In this document: positions 1 to 15,846 of the stretch, piece by piece | Layout of the letters: every line of letters begins with the position of its first letter | Numbering within the stretch: position 1 is the stretch's first letter | Notes under the pieces: model-generated | What the model was told of the DNA's origin: nothing | The model's input: the letters and a program-made list of their open reading frames with translations, nothing else | Database searches by the model: none | Translations under genes and position numbers: made by a program | Source of the DNA: the human T2T-CHM13v2.0 reference genome, Homo sapiens | DNA length: 64,000 nt | Strand: one strand, 5' to 3' | Assembly (NCBI RefSeq): GCF_009914755.1 | Contig: NC_060926.1

Positions 1-2260
1 TGCACATGAGATGGGTTTCCTGAATACAGCACACTGATGGGTCTTGACTCTTTATCCAATTTGCCAGTCTGTGTCTTTTAATTGGAGCATTTAGTCCATT
101 TACATTTAAAGTTAATATTGTTATGTGTGAATTTGATCCTGTCATTATGATGTTAGCTGCTTATTTTGCTCGTTAGTTGATGCAGTTTCTTCCTAGCCTC
201 GATGGTCTTTACAATTTGGCATGATTTTGCAGTGGCTGGTACCGGCTCTTCCTTTCCATGTTTAGTGCTTCCTTCAGGAGCTCTTTTAGGGCAGGCCTGA
301 TGGTGACATAATCTCTCAGCATTTGCTTGCCTGTAAAGTATTTTACTTCTCCTTCACTTATGAAGCTTAGTTTGGCTGGATATGAAATTCTGGGTTGAAA
401 ATTCTTTTCTTTATGAATGTTGGATATTGGCCCCCACTCTCTTCTGGCTTGTAGAGTTTCTGCCAAGAGATCCGCTGTTAGTCTGATGGGCTTCCCTTTG
501 TGGGTAACCCGACCTTTCTCTCTGGCTGCCCTTAATATTTTTTCCTTCATTTCAACTTTGGTGAATCTGACAATTATGTGTCTTGGAGTTGCTGTTCTCA
601 AGGAGTATCTTTGTGGCATTCTCTGTATTTCCTGAATCTGAATGTTGGCCTGCCTTGCTAGATTGGGGAAGTTCTCCTGGATAACATCCTGCAGAGTGTT
701 TTCCAACTTGGTTCCATTCTCCCTGTCACTTTCAGGTACACCAATCAGACATAGATTTGGTCTTTTCACATAGTCCCATATTTCTTGGAGGCTTTGTTCA
801 TTTCTTTTTATTCTTTTTTCTCTAAACTTCCCTTCTCACTTCATTTCATTCATTTCATCTTCCATCACTGATACCCTTTCTTCCAGTTGATCGCATCGGC
901 TCCTGAGGCTCTTGCATTCTTCACGTAGTTCTCGAGGCTTGGCTTTCAGCTCCATCAGCTCCTTTAAGCACTTCTCTGTATTGGTTATTCTAGTTATACA
1001 TTCGTCTAAATTTTTTTCAAAGTTTTTACCTTCTTTGCCTTTGGTTTGAATTTCCCCCTGTAGCCGGAGTAGTTTGATTGTCTGAAGCCTTCTTCTCTCA
1101 ACTCGTCAAAGTCATTCTCCATCCAGCTTTGTTCCGTTGCTGGTGAGGAACTGCATTCCTTTGGAGGAGGAGAGGCGCTCTGCTTTTTAGAGTTTCCAGT
1201 TTTTCTGCTCTGTTTTTTCCCCATCTTTGTGGTTTTATCTACTTTTGGTCTTTGATGATGGTGATGTACAGATGGGTTTTTGGTGTGGATGTCCTTTCTG
1301 TTTGTTAGTTTTCCTTCTAACAGACAGGACCCTCAGCTGCAGGTCTGTTGGAGTTTGCTAGAGGTCCACTCCAGACCCTGTTTGCCTGGCCACAGAACAG
1401 CGGTGGCCACAGAACAGCAGAATTTCATGAACCACAAATGCTGCTGTCTGATCGTTCCTCTGGAAGTTTTGTCTCAGAGGAGTACCTGGCCGTGTGAGGT
1501 GTGAGGTGTCAGTCTGCCCCTACTGGGGGGTGCCTCCCAGTTAGGCTGCTCGGGGGTCAGGGGTTAGGGACCCACTTGAGGAGGCAGTCTGCCCTTTCTC
1601 AGATCTCCAGCTGCATGCTGGGAGAACCACTGCTCTCTTCAAAGCTGTCAGACATGGACATTTAAGTCTGCAGAGGTTACTGCTGTCTTTTTGTTTGTCT
1701 GTGCCCTGCCCCCAGAGGTGGAGCCTACAGAGGCAGGCAGGCGTCCTTGAGCTGTGGTGGGCTCCACCCAGTTGGAGCTTCCTGGCTGCTTTGTTTACCT
1801 AAGCAAGGCTGGGCAATGGCGGGCGCCCCTCCCCCAGCCTCGCTGCCGCCTTGCAGTTTGATCTCAGACTGCTGTGCTAGCAATGAATGAGGCTCCGTGG
1901 GCATAGGACCCTCTGAGCCATGTGCGGGATATAATCTCCTGGTGTGCCGTTTTTTAAGCCTGTAGGAAAAGCGCAGTACTGGGGTGGGAGTGACCCGATT
2001 TTCCAGGTGCCGTCTGTCACCCCTTTCTTTGACTAGGAAAGGGAACTCCCCGACCCCTTGCGCTTCCCAAGTGAGGCAATGCCTCACCCTGCTTCGGCTG
2101 GCACATGGTGTGCTGCACCCACTGTCCTGCGCCCACTGTCTGGCACTCCCTAGTGAGATGAACCCGGTACCTCAGATGGAAATGCAGAAATCACCTGTCT
2201 TCTGCGTCGCTCATGCTGGGAGCTGTAGACCGGAGCTGTTCCTATTTGGCCATATTGGCT
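1..2260 (-). mobile_element. LINE-1 5' portion (5'UTR, ORF1, ORF2 start), L1PA4/early L1PA3 type, continuing beyond the left edge
   Basis: Reverse complement of the L1 5' start at 2221-2260. ORF1 begins MGKKQSRKTGNSK at 1224; ORF2 ATG at 145. The 5'UTR is ~1036 bp and includes the 129-bp segment at 1350-1479. Confidence 0.95.
209..1224 (-). pseudogene. Disrupted L1 ORF1p
   Basis: The N-terminal ORF 1006-1224 leaves frame near 1060. The C-terminal ORF 209-769 (KRPNLCLIGVPES...REKG...ARREW...YPAKLS) is the ORF1p RRM/CTD region. Confidence 0.92.
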
Positions 2261-2589
2261 GCCAAGTTCCTCCAAATTCTAAAACTCTGATATTTTAGGG
2301 GTATTCAGGCCATATATTGATAGAAATGTTTTAATACATTAGAACTCTAAATTTCTGAAAACTATTGGGCCAGTTAATTACCTTGCAATCATTCATACTT
2401 AGAGCAAACACATGTAGGCACAGACATCTTACAGTGAAAAGATGAAAATAAAATGATCCTAAAAGTAATTTTGCAAGATTGGAGGGATACCACCTCTCCC
2501 TTGGCCTCTGTGCCTTGTACGTGCTTCTATACTGATCCATTTGTTTATGGGGCCATCTCCCCATGACAGACTGAGCACAATTAAGGAAA

Positions 2590-2675
2590 GTAGAACTGTG
2601 TATTCATCTTTGTATCTCCAGTACTGCTGTACACAGCAGATGTTCAGCAAATGTTTAACAAATAAATAAATGAAA
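2590..2675 (+). mobile_element. L2 3' end fragment
   Basis: TCATCTTTGTATCTCCAG...CAGCAAATGTTTAACAAATAAATAAATGAA resembles the L2 terminus. Confidence 0.6.
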
Positions 2676-2774
2676 CCAGAAACTGGACCTAATGCGGGAA
2701 TTGTAACTTATTTGTAATAAGGGAACAGAAAACAGTCTAAGCTAAAGCTGAGCCATCCTTGGAATGGCAAGAAT

Positions 2775-2980
2775 TACATTTATTGAGCTATTACTATTTG
2801 CCAGGCACAGAATATGGATTATTTTACTGAATCCCCCACAACACCACTGAAGAAACCAAATTACACAAAGTAAAGGACTTGAGTCCAAGATTATACAGCC
2901 AGGAAGTCACAGAGCCAGGATTCCAACTTAGGGTTCTCTGAGTCAGGAGTACAAATACTTAACAGCTATTTCACACTACC
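2775..2980 (-). mobile_element. MIR SINE
   Basis: ACATTTATTGAGC...TGCCAGGCAC and CCAAGATTATACAGC...CAGAGCCAGGATTCCAAC match the reverse MIR consensus. Confidence 0.7.
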
Positions 2981-3431
2981 CACTTACTGCTAACTTCTTT
3001 GTGATCTTAGACAAATCATTACTTTAAAAATAGTCTCATTTTCCACACTGGTAACATAAGAGGTTTTGTACCAGCTGTTCTCTAGTGTCTCATCCAGTTC
3101 TGAGATTCTATAATCCTATCAACCAAAATTAAAGAACATTTGCTTTTGAGCCAGCCTCTGTGACAGGAGATAAAATAGTTACCCATTTATGGATTCCTCT
3201 CATACCAGTGAAATAGTCTGTTTTGCAATGTAAAAGCCAAAACTGTACTCTGAAATACTTCAGATTTCTTTCGAAAAAGTCCAAGTAGGGGAGGCAATCA
3301 ATTTTCTTCCTTTCCTCTAAAAAAGAAATTGTGTGATAGAAACAAAAACATCTCAACAGAATAGGATGCTGTATCCAAGCCACTCTTTCAATCTCATGAA
3401 GGTAGATACTTCTCACAGAAAGAATTCATGC

Positions 3432-4073
<642 letters not shown>

Positions 4074-4304
4074 TTCATGCCTTTTTTCTAACAATCTTTG
4101 AGAAATTTATCCCTAGTATACAGTTGTCTAGGCAAACCTGCTAAGTGGAACGAAAACACAACCATCTCCACCAATATCCTTGAAGAGAAAGTAAATAAAG
4201 TGTTGAGAAATTAAGATGAGGAACAATTGAGAATTCACTGGGTGTAAAATTTTGCACCAACCATAAGATGTGGGCAAGGGGAAGAGAATATAAAATGGGC
4301 ATGA

Positions 4305-4669
<365 letters not shown>

Positions 4670-4995
4670 CTAGTCTCAACAAGCAGCCTGATCCCGAAAA
4701 CATCTTGGTTTCCATGGGCTCAAGACTCTCCTCTTCTGACCAGAAACACTACAGAAACCTAATTTAGAGGGTGATCAGGTCAGGACATCAATAGGGGGAA
4801 CCTACCACATCTCTCCCTAGTGGAGAGATACCTGTTGGCCTGGCCTGGGAAAACCACTCCCACCCCCTCAGGCAGCAACAGCAGGAACCAGGTGAGCCTC
4901 AGCATCACCTGTTAACCCAAGAAAACCAAAATAACACTGCACAGGTTCTGAAACTAAATATCAAAACCTGTCATTGGAATAACAGCCCAAACGTA

Positions 4996-5397
4996 CAGAC
5001 ACTCCTCGACTTACAATGGGGTTATATCCTGATAATGCTATGTTAAGTTGAAAATATCATAAGTTGAAAATGCCTTAATACACCTAAGCTACCAAACACC
5101 ATAGCCTAGCCTAGCTAGTGCTCAGGACACTTATAGTGGTCTACAGTTGGGCAAAATTAACTGGTTAACACAATACACTATTGAGTATTCGTGGTGTATC
5201 CTTGTGATTGTGTGGCTGACTAGGGGATGTAGCTTTTCATTGCTGACAGTATTGGGAGGGAGTATCATATTACATATTGCTAGCCCAGGAAAACATCAAA
5301 ATTCAATATTTGAGGTATGACTGCTACTGAAAATATATGATTTCTGCATCATGGTAGGAAGGAAAAATTATAAAGTGAAGCACGGTAATTTGGGGAC
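4996..5397 (+). mobile_element. MER47B-like TcMar-Tigger MITE
   Basis: Starts TA|CAGACACTCCTCGACTTACAATGGGGTTA, contains CTACAGTTGGGCAAAAT, ends ...GTAATTTGGGGAC. Confidence 0.8.
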
Positions 5398-5652
5398 AAA
5401 ATCCCACATGTTAACCCTAGTTCTACCCTAGTTACTAGGGTAACTACCTATGGAAATTAAAAAAAAAAATCGTAAATAGGACCTAGAGTCCCCAAACATA
5501 ATAGACAAAATGTTCAGAATACAATTAAAAAATCATCCATTATACTAAAAACCAAGAAAATCACAACTTGAATGAGAAAAGGTAATCAACTGACACTAAC
5601 ACAAAGATACATCATCAGATGTTAGAATTATCTGACTAGAGTTTTAAAGTAG

Positions 5653-5847
5653 TGCTATGGACTAAACTGTGTCAGCCTAAAATTATATGGTGAGTCCTAA
5701 CCCCCAATGTGACTATATTTATAGATAGGGCTTTATAGAAGTAATTAAGGTTCAATAAAGTCATAAGAATAGGGCCTTGATCTGATAATACTTGTGTTCT
5801 TATAAGAAGAGACACTAGGATGTTCATTCTCATTCTTTCTCTGTCTC

Positions 5848-5884
<37 letters not shown>

Positions 5885-6070
5885 TATGTATGAACAAAGT
5901 AAGAAGGAGGCCATCTGAAAGCCAGGAAGAAAGGATTCACCAGAAAATCAGTCAGTTGGTACCTTGCTCTTGAACTTCTCAGCCTCCAGAACTGTGAGAA
6001 AATAAATTTTTGTAGTTTAAACCACCCAGTCTATGGTATTTTGTTATGGCAGCATGAGTTGATTAAAACA
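5653..6070 (+). mobile_element. MaLR solo LTR (MLT1A/B-like)
   Basis: TGCTATGGACT start, CAGCCTCCAGAACTGTGAGAAAATAAA, GGTATTTTGTTATGGCAGC, ...AACA end, internal (CT)n. Confidence 0.85.
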
Positions 6071-6919
6071 AACAGTCATCATAAAAATAATTCAACAATC
6101 TATTATAAATTCTTTTTTAACTAAAGAAAAATAAGAAATCTCAGCAAAGATGAAAAGGTTATAAAAATAATCAAATGAATAATAAACCTAAATATAAAAT
6201 GTTGGATGGGTTTAACAGCAGAATATTGATGACAGAGTATGATAGATTCAGTAAACTTGAGGACAGAACCATAGAATCCACACAATCTGAACAACAGACA
6301 GAAAGTAGACTGAAAAAAATTAATAATAAGAAGAGTCTCAGGTATATGTGGGGCAATTATGAAAGACTGAAGATTTGTATCATCAGAATCTCAGAGGATC
6401 AGAGAAGGAGAATGGAGTGGAAATAGTCTAAGAAGAAATGATCGATGAAAAAAATGTTCCAAATTTGGTAAAGTCATACTTCTATACATTCAAGAAACTG
6501 AGTAAACACCAAACTCAAAATAAACTCAAAGAAATCTATACCAAAATATAATTAAACTTTTGAAAACTAAAGTCGAAGAGTCTTAAAAACAGATAAATAC
6601 CATATACAAACAGGGGCACACTAATTCAAATGGCATTGGATTTCTCATCTGAAACTAGGAAGGTTAGAAGGAAAAGGCACAATATTTTACGAGTACCGTG
6701 AAAAAAAATGCTAACTGTGATCTATATCTGGAGAAACTATGCCTCAGGAATGAAGTAGAAATACAAACATTCTCAGATAAAGGAATACACTAAAAGGACT
6801 TGTCATTAGTAGTGTCACTCTTAAAGACTGCCTAAAAAAAATTCTTCAAACAGAAAGAAATGATTTAAGAAAAGAACCTTAGTATATCAGGAAGGAAGCC
6901 AGACAAAGGCATGAATGAC

Positions 6920-7105
6920 TATTTTCCCCCTCCTTCCCCCTTACCTGAAAATTGTCCACTCTCAATATCCTGCCATTTCCCCTTTAAATTTGGAGCCCTC
7001 TTTTGGAGAAAGGTATGGACCTGTCCGCTGGGCGCGCATCCTTAACTTTGGCAAATAAACCTCCTAAAATGATTGAGATTTAGCTCGTCATGTTTTTCAA
7101 TTGAC
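6920..7105 (+). mobile_element. ERV1 MER4-group LTR 3' fragment (MER39/MER34-like)
   Basis: CCCTTTAAATTTGGAGCCCT...CCTTAACTTTGGCAAATAAACCTCCTAAAATGATTGAGA. Confidence 0.65.
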
Positions 7106-8426
7106 GGTATATTTGATACTTAACTAAATTACAAGTATACATCTAAATTTAGGTCTTCTTTTGCTTTTATTACTTTTTACTTAATGACCAGTGCAATAGT
7201 ATATTATTTTCTTTTCCTAAAAAACTTTTAGCATTTTATAACAAGTGATCATTTCATTCATTTATTGTAAGCCGAGAAACCATTCATTGTAAATGGTATT
7301 CAATAAATGTTTACATATTCACTTATAAATAAATGTTTATGTTTTATTTATATATTTATATCAATTTTTAAAAACTGCTTTATTGGGTAAAGTTTACATA
7401 TAATAAATTGCACATAAAGTGTTTACTTTGATAACTTTTAACGTATGTATACTCTTGAACCAATTCCTGCAATCAAGATGGTGAACAATCCATAATCTCA
7501 AAAAATTTCCTCATGCCCCAATGTAATCTTTTCCTTCTGATCCTCCTGAATTCCCCATTCCCAGTCAAAAATTGATCTGCTTTCTGTCACTCCAGATTAG
7601 TTAGCATTTTCTAAAATTTTAAATAAATGTAATTCTATAGTATGTACCTTTTTATGTCTGGTTTCTTTCACTCTGCATAATTGAGATACACCTATGTTGT
7701 TGTATGTATTGGCAATTCATTCATTTTTATTGCTGAGTAGTATCCCATTTTATGGGGATATCAATTTGTTTGTCCATTCGCCTGTTAATGAACATTTATG
7801 TTGTTTCCAGTTTTTGGTTATTTCATATAAAGTTGCTATGAATATTTGTGTACAAGTCTTTATTTGGACATATGCTCTTGTTTGTCTTAGGTAATCCTTT
7901 AGAAATAGAATGTCTAGTTCATATGCTAGGTGTGTGTGTAACTTTTGAAAAAAAATTTTCAAAGTGTTTTCCAAAGTGTTGTATGAATTTTGCATTCTCA
8001 CTAGCAGTGTAAGATAGTTACAGTTGTTCCTTATCTCTACAAACACCTAGTATCGTCAGTCTTTTAGACATTCTAATATGTGTATGGTAATATCTCACGG
8101 TGACTTTAATTTGCATTTACATAATATCTAATGATGAAAATCTTTGTGCATGCTTATTTGCTACCTATATGCCTTCTTTGGTGAAATGTCTATTCAAATA
8201 TTGGTCCATATATTTATTGGCTTATTATTATGGAGTTTTGAAATGCCAAGATTTTACATATATATATATATTCTGGATACAAGCCCTTTATCAGATATAA
8301 TTTGCAAATAATTTTTTTAGCCTATGCTTTGACTTTCATTTTCTTAAGTTTCTTTCAAATGAGAGAATTTCTTAACTTTATTCAAGTAAAATCTTGGTGT
8401 TATATCAAAAAGACATTTGCCTAACC

Positions 8427-8680
8427 CAAAGATTTATCAGCTTGGCACTATTAATATTTTGGACTGGATAAATCGTTGCTGTAGGTAAGTGTGGTGGACA
8501 GAGGAGGAGGTTTGGCCTTCTGTGCACCGCAAGGTATTTACTAGCATGCCTGCCCTCTACCTAGCAGATATGAGTAGCAACTCCTACCCCAACCCCAACT
8601 GTAACAGCCAAAAATATCTGCAGATATTGCAAACATCTCCTGGCGTGGAGGACAAAATTGCCCCTGATATTGAACCACTG
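8427..8680 (-). mobile_element. MER20 hAT-Charlie MITE
   Basis: GGCACTATTAATATTTTGGACTGGATAA...GACAAAATTGCCCCTGATATTGAACCACTG. 8-bp TSD GCCTAAC(C/T) at 8419-8426 and 8681-8688. Confidence 0.85.
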
Positions 8681-9375
8681 GCCTAACTCGAAGTCATAAA
8701 TATTCTTCTGTATGTCTTTTAGAAGTTTTATGATTTCTTTATGATTTAGAAGTTTTATGATTTAGAAGTTTTGCATTCAGGTCTATGATATAGTTTAATT
8801 TTTGTAACATTATATAAGGTAGTGTTAAAGTTTGTGTTTTTTGCACATGGATGCCCAATTCATTCCAGAACCATTTGTTGAAAAGAATATTCTTTCTCCA
8901 CTGAATTGCTATGGAAAATTTGTTGATGAGGAACTGACCATATATGTGGTGGGTCTAGTTTTGGAGCCTCTTTTCTGTTCCATTTATCTGTCTTGACAGC
9001 ACTATATGCTGCCTTGGTTAGTGAAGCATTATAGTGATTCTTGAAGTCAGATAGGGAAGGTTCTACAACTTCATTCTTCCTTTCCAAAGTTATTTTGACT
9101 ATTTTTGTCATTCACACTTCCATATGAATTTTGGAACCAAGCTGTTAGTTTCTACATAAAGTGACTGCTGGGATTTTGATTGAGTTTACCTTGACTCTAT
9201 AGATTTGAGAAACATTTACATCTTAACAATATTGAATTTACCAATTCATAAATATTGTGTATCATATTTATGTGTTCTTTAATTTCTCTTAGCAATGTTT
9301 TGTAATTTTCCTGCATGAGTTTTGTCAGATTTATCCTGCAATATCTTATATTTTTTATATTATTGTCAATGCTAT

Positions 9376-10661
<1,286 letters not shown>

Positions 10662-12963
10662 CTATTGTTTTTCTAATTTCCAATTTTTGTTGCTAATATA
10701 TAGGAATATATTAATTTTTGTATACTGACCTCATATCCTTCAACCTTCCTAAACTAACGTTACTTCTAGTAACTTCCGTGTCAAATCCATCAGATTTTCA
10801 ACAGAGGTGATTATGTCATCTGTGAATAAATAGGGTTTCCTTCTTCTTTTCTGCTCAAATATGCTATGTTTCTTTGTCTTGCCTTATTCTAATACCTAAA
10901 CCTCCAGTACAATGCAAATAGAAGTGAAGAGAATGGACATGGCCTTGTTTCTTATATTAAGAGGAAATCATTCAGTCCTTGACTAGTAGGTTTGATGTTA
11001 CTTAAAGGCTTTTTGGAGGTGCCATTTATCAGATTGAGGAAGTTCCCTTTAATTCTAAATTTTCAGATACCTTTTTGAGGAATAGGTGTTTGATTTTGTC
11101 AAGTGTTTTTTCTAAATTCAGATGTTAATATAAGTTTATTTTTAAGTATGTTAATACAGTGAATTACATAGATAGATGTTTGACTGTTAAACTTGCATTC
11201 GTAGAAAAAACTCCACTTGTTCATGATGTAATTTTTAAAATATATGTTGTCAGATTCAATTTGTCAAAGTTTTGTCTAGAATTTTTGTTTCTGCATTCAT
11301 AAGTGCTATTGGTCTGTCAAAATTTTTTTAGTAATAACTTTCTATTTTGTTATCAGACCAATGCTGGCCTTACAGAAAGAGTTATGAATTATTGCTTCCT
11401 CTTTAATTTTCTGGAACAGTTGCGTAGAATTGATATTATTTTTTCCTTTAACATTTGCTACATTACCCTAGTAAATTCATCTGGAGTCTAGTTTTCTTTG
11501 TGAAAAGCTTTTTAGATACAAGTGTATCTTAAAAAAATATATATGGCTACTTAGGTTATCTACTTCTTCCTGAATGAGATGGTAATTTGTGTATCTCAAA
11601 TTACTGTCTACTTAGGTAGGTGGTTAAATTTATTGGCATAAAGTTATTCATAGAATTTATTATCATTTTAAGATCTGTAGAATCTACAGTAATGTCATAT
11701 ATTTCATTCCTGATATTAGTAATTTGTATCCTTCTTTCTGACCAATCTGGCGAGAAGTTTATAAATGCTGTAATATGCTCAGAGAGAATTTTACTACTTT
11801 GTTTTCTTATTTTTCTCTCATATTTGCTATTTTATTAATTTATATTCTAAAATGTATTAGTTCTTTTCTTGTTTATTCTGAATACTATTTATTCTTTTTT
11901 TCTGATTTCTCAAGGTAGAAACTAAGTTCATTTATTTGAGACTCTTCTTATTTCATGAAATAGGCATTTACTGTCATAAATTTACCTCTAAATTCACTTA
12001 CTAGTTAACTTTGATCGGTATCAATCACAAATTTTGACAGGTTATGTATTCATTCAGTCCAAAACTTTGTTTTCCCTTTTGATTTCTTTTTTGAGTCAAG
12101 GGTTATTTAGAGCTTTGTTATTTAGTATCCAAATATTCAAAGATCTTCTAGTTATTGTTCTATTATTGACTTCTAACTTTATTATATTTAATAGCCAGAG
12201 GACAAAATTTATCTTCTTTGAATCCTTTTTAATTTATTGTGACTTTTTAATGGCCTACTATATGGTCGATCTTAGTAAAAGTCTTATTTTTCTTCACTTG
12301 AAGAAAACATATATTTCTGCTGTTATTGGTACTCTGTTCTAAAATACCAGTAGTTCATGCTGGCTGATAATATTGCTTAATTGAGTAGTCTATATCCTCA
12401 CCAAGCTTCTATCTACTGGTTCCATCTATTACTGAGAGAAGATTGTTGAAACCTCTCAATACAGTTGTGTATTTGTCTGTTTCCTTTGTAGATCTATAAG
12501 TGTTTGCTTTATGTATTTTAAAGCTTTGTTATTCAGTGCATAAATATTTAGTAGTGTTTTATCTCCTTGAAGAATTGACAATTCTTTTATTAAAAATTAT
12601 AGTCTATCTCCAGTCTTTATTCTGAATTGTAGTTTGTCTGATAATAATATAGTCACTCCACTCGTCGTTTGTTTAGTGATAGTATGGATTATCTTTTACC
12701 ATTGTTTTGTGTTTAACCTATTTTTGTCTTTATATTTAACATGTATGTCTTGTAGTCAACATATACTTCAGGTTTTTAAATCCAATCTGACAATATCTAC
12801 CTTTTAAATGGAATGCATATACCACTAGCATGTATGTGCTTATCACTATGGTTGAATATAAATCTTCCACCATGGTATTTGATTTAGTTTCATTTATTCT
12901 TTGTTTCCTTTTAACTTTTATTCTACTCCCTTTGGATTAATTAAATATTTTTTGATTCCATGC

Positions 12964-13305
12964 CGATAAGGTTTGGCTGTGTCCCCCACCCAAATCTCAT
13001 TTGAATTTCCACATGTTGAAGGAGAACCTCGTGGGAGGTAATTGAATCATGGGGGCAGGCCTTTCTGTGCTGTTCTCGTGATAGGGAATAAGTCTCATGA
13101 GATCTGATGGCTTTATAAGGTGAACAAGCTCTCTCTTTGCCTGCTGCCATCCACTCAAGATGTGACTTGGTCTTCCTTGCCTTCCGCCATGATTGTGATG
13201 CTTCCCCAGCCATGTGGAACTGGAAGTCCAATACACCCTTTTCCCTGTATAAATTACCCAGTCTCAGGTATGTCTTTATCAGCAGTGTGAAAGTGGACTA
13301 ATATG
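12964..13305 (+). mobile_element. THE1 (THE1B-like) solo LTR
   Basis: GGTTTGGCTGTGTCCCCCACCCAAATCTCAT...GGACTAATA. 5-bp TSD CATG(C/T) at 12959-12963 and 13306-13310. Confidence 0.92.
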
Positions 13306-14532
13306 CATGTTATACTTTTTACTGATCTATTTTCTGAAACTCTTTGTTATGCTATTTAGTGCTTGATTTAAGGTACATAGTACACATCTTCAAACATCAC
13401 AGTATGTCTTCAATTTGTGACACTTTATTACATTTATAAACCTTAAAGACTTATATTTTCCTTTCTTCCCTCCTGTTTTCATATGCTTTGCTTCTACATA
13501 TTTTATAAAGTCCATAGTACATTGTAATTATTTTCACTTTAAACAGTTGATTTTAAGAGATTTAAATTGTTTTTGTTTTTTTTTTTTTAGGCACTTACAT
13601 TTGCCCACTTACTATTTCCAGTGCTCTTCCTTCTTTTGTGTAGATCAAGATTTTTATCTGGTATCATTTCCTTTGTGTGAAAAGTATTACCTTTAATATT
13701 TCTCATAGTGTAGTTCTGTAGGTGATAAATTATTTTAGCTTTTGTATGGTTAGGAAAAGTATTGATTTTCCTCTATTTTTTGAAAGATCTTTTCACTGGG
13801 TATAGAATTCTATGCTGACAATTTTTTTTCCTTTCAGTACTTCTTTCAGCATGCATTGCATCTGATGATAAATCTACTGTCATCCTTTAACCAATGCCCC
13901 CTGCCATCACTATCTTTAAAATTTACACTTTAGCACTGGTTTTAAGCAATTCAATTATAATTTCCATTCATTGGTGTTTGTTTTGGGGAGGATGATTGGT
14001 TTGGTTTGGTTTGCTTTGGTTAGGCTTGGATATTTTTCTGATTTTTTTCTCTCTCACTCCCTTCCTGTTATTCCAGAATTCCACTTACACATATATTATT
14101 AGGTTGCTTGAAATTGCTCCATAGCTCTGTTCATTTTAAAAAATTTTTTGTGTTTCACTTTGTTTATATTGCTATGACTTTAATTTCACCAATTTTTTAT
14201 TCTGCAATGATTAATTTACTATTAATCCCATTCAGTATATTTTCAATCTCAGATATTATAGTTTTTATTTCTAGAAATTTGTGTTTTTTTATTCTATCTT
14301 CCATTTTTCAATTTCATATGTTCAATCTTTCCTTTGGCTCCTTGAATATATGGAATAAAATTTCAAACTGTTTTAATTAATTCATCATTCTATTCCCTGT
14401 AATTTTGGTGTTAGTTTTCAATGTTTTTTTCCTTTTATTATGGGTTATATTTTTCCTCTTCTTTGCATTCCTGGTAATTTTTTATTGAATTTCATTGTGA
14501 GTGGTATTATGTTATCACATTTTGTATTCCTA

Positions 14533-15846
<1,314 letters not shown>

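Larger units (their letters stand above)
4680..6915 (+). mobile_element. Ancient L1M (L1MC/MD/ME type) 5'UTR-ORF1 fragment, interrupted by MER47B and an MLT1 LTR
   Basis: A-rich degenerate ORF1. ORF 6175-6426 (LDGFNSR...SKLEDRTIES...KKSLRYMW...ICIIRISE) is ORF1p-like. Confidence 0.75.

Noticed and set aside
8718-8772. TTAGAAGTTTTATGAT tandem copies
   Set aside because: Local slippage duplication in old L1 sequence with no functional signal.
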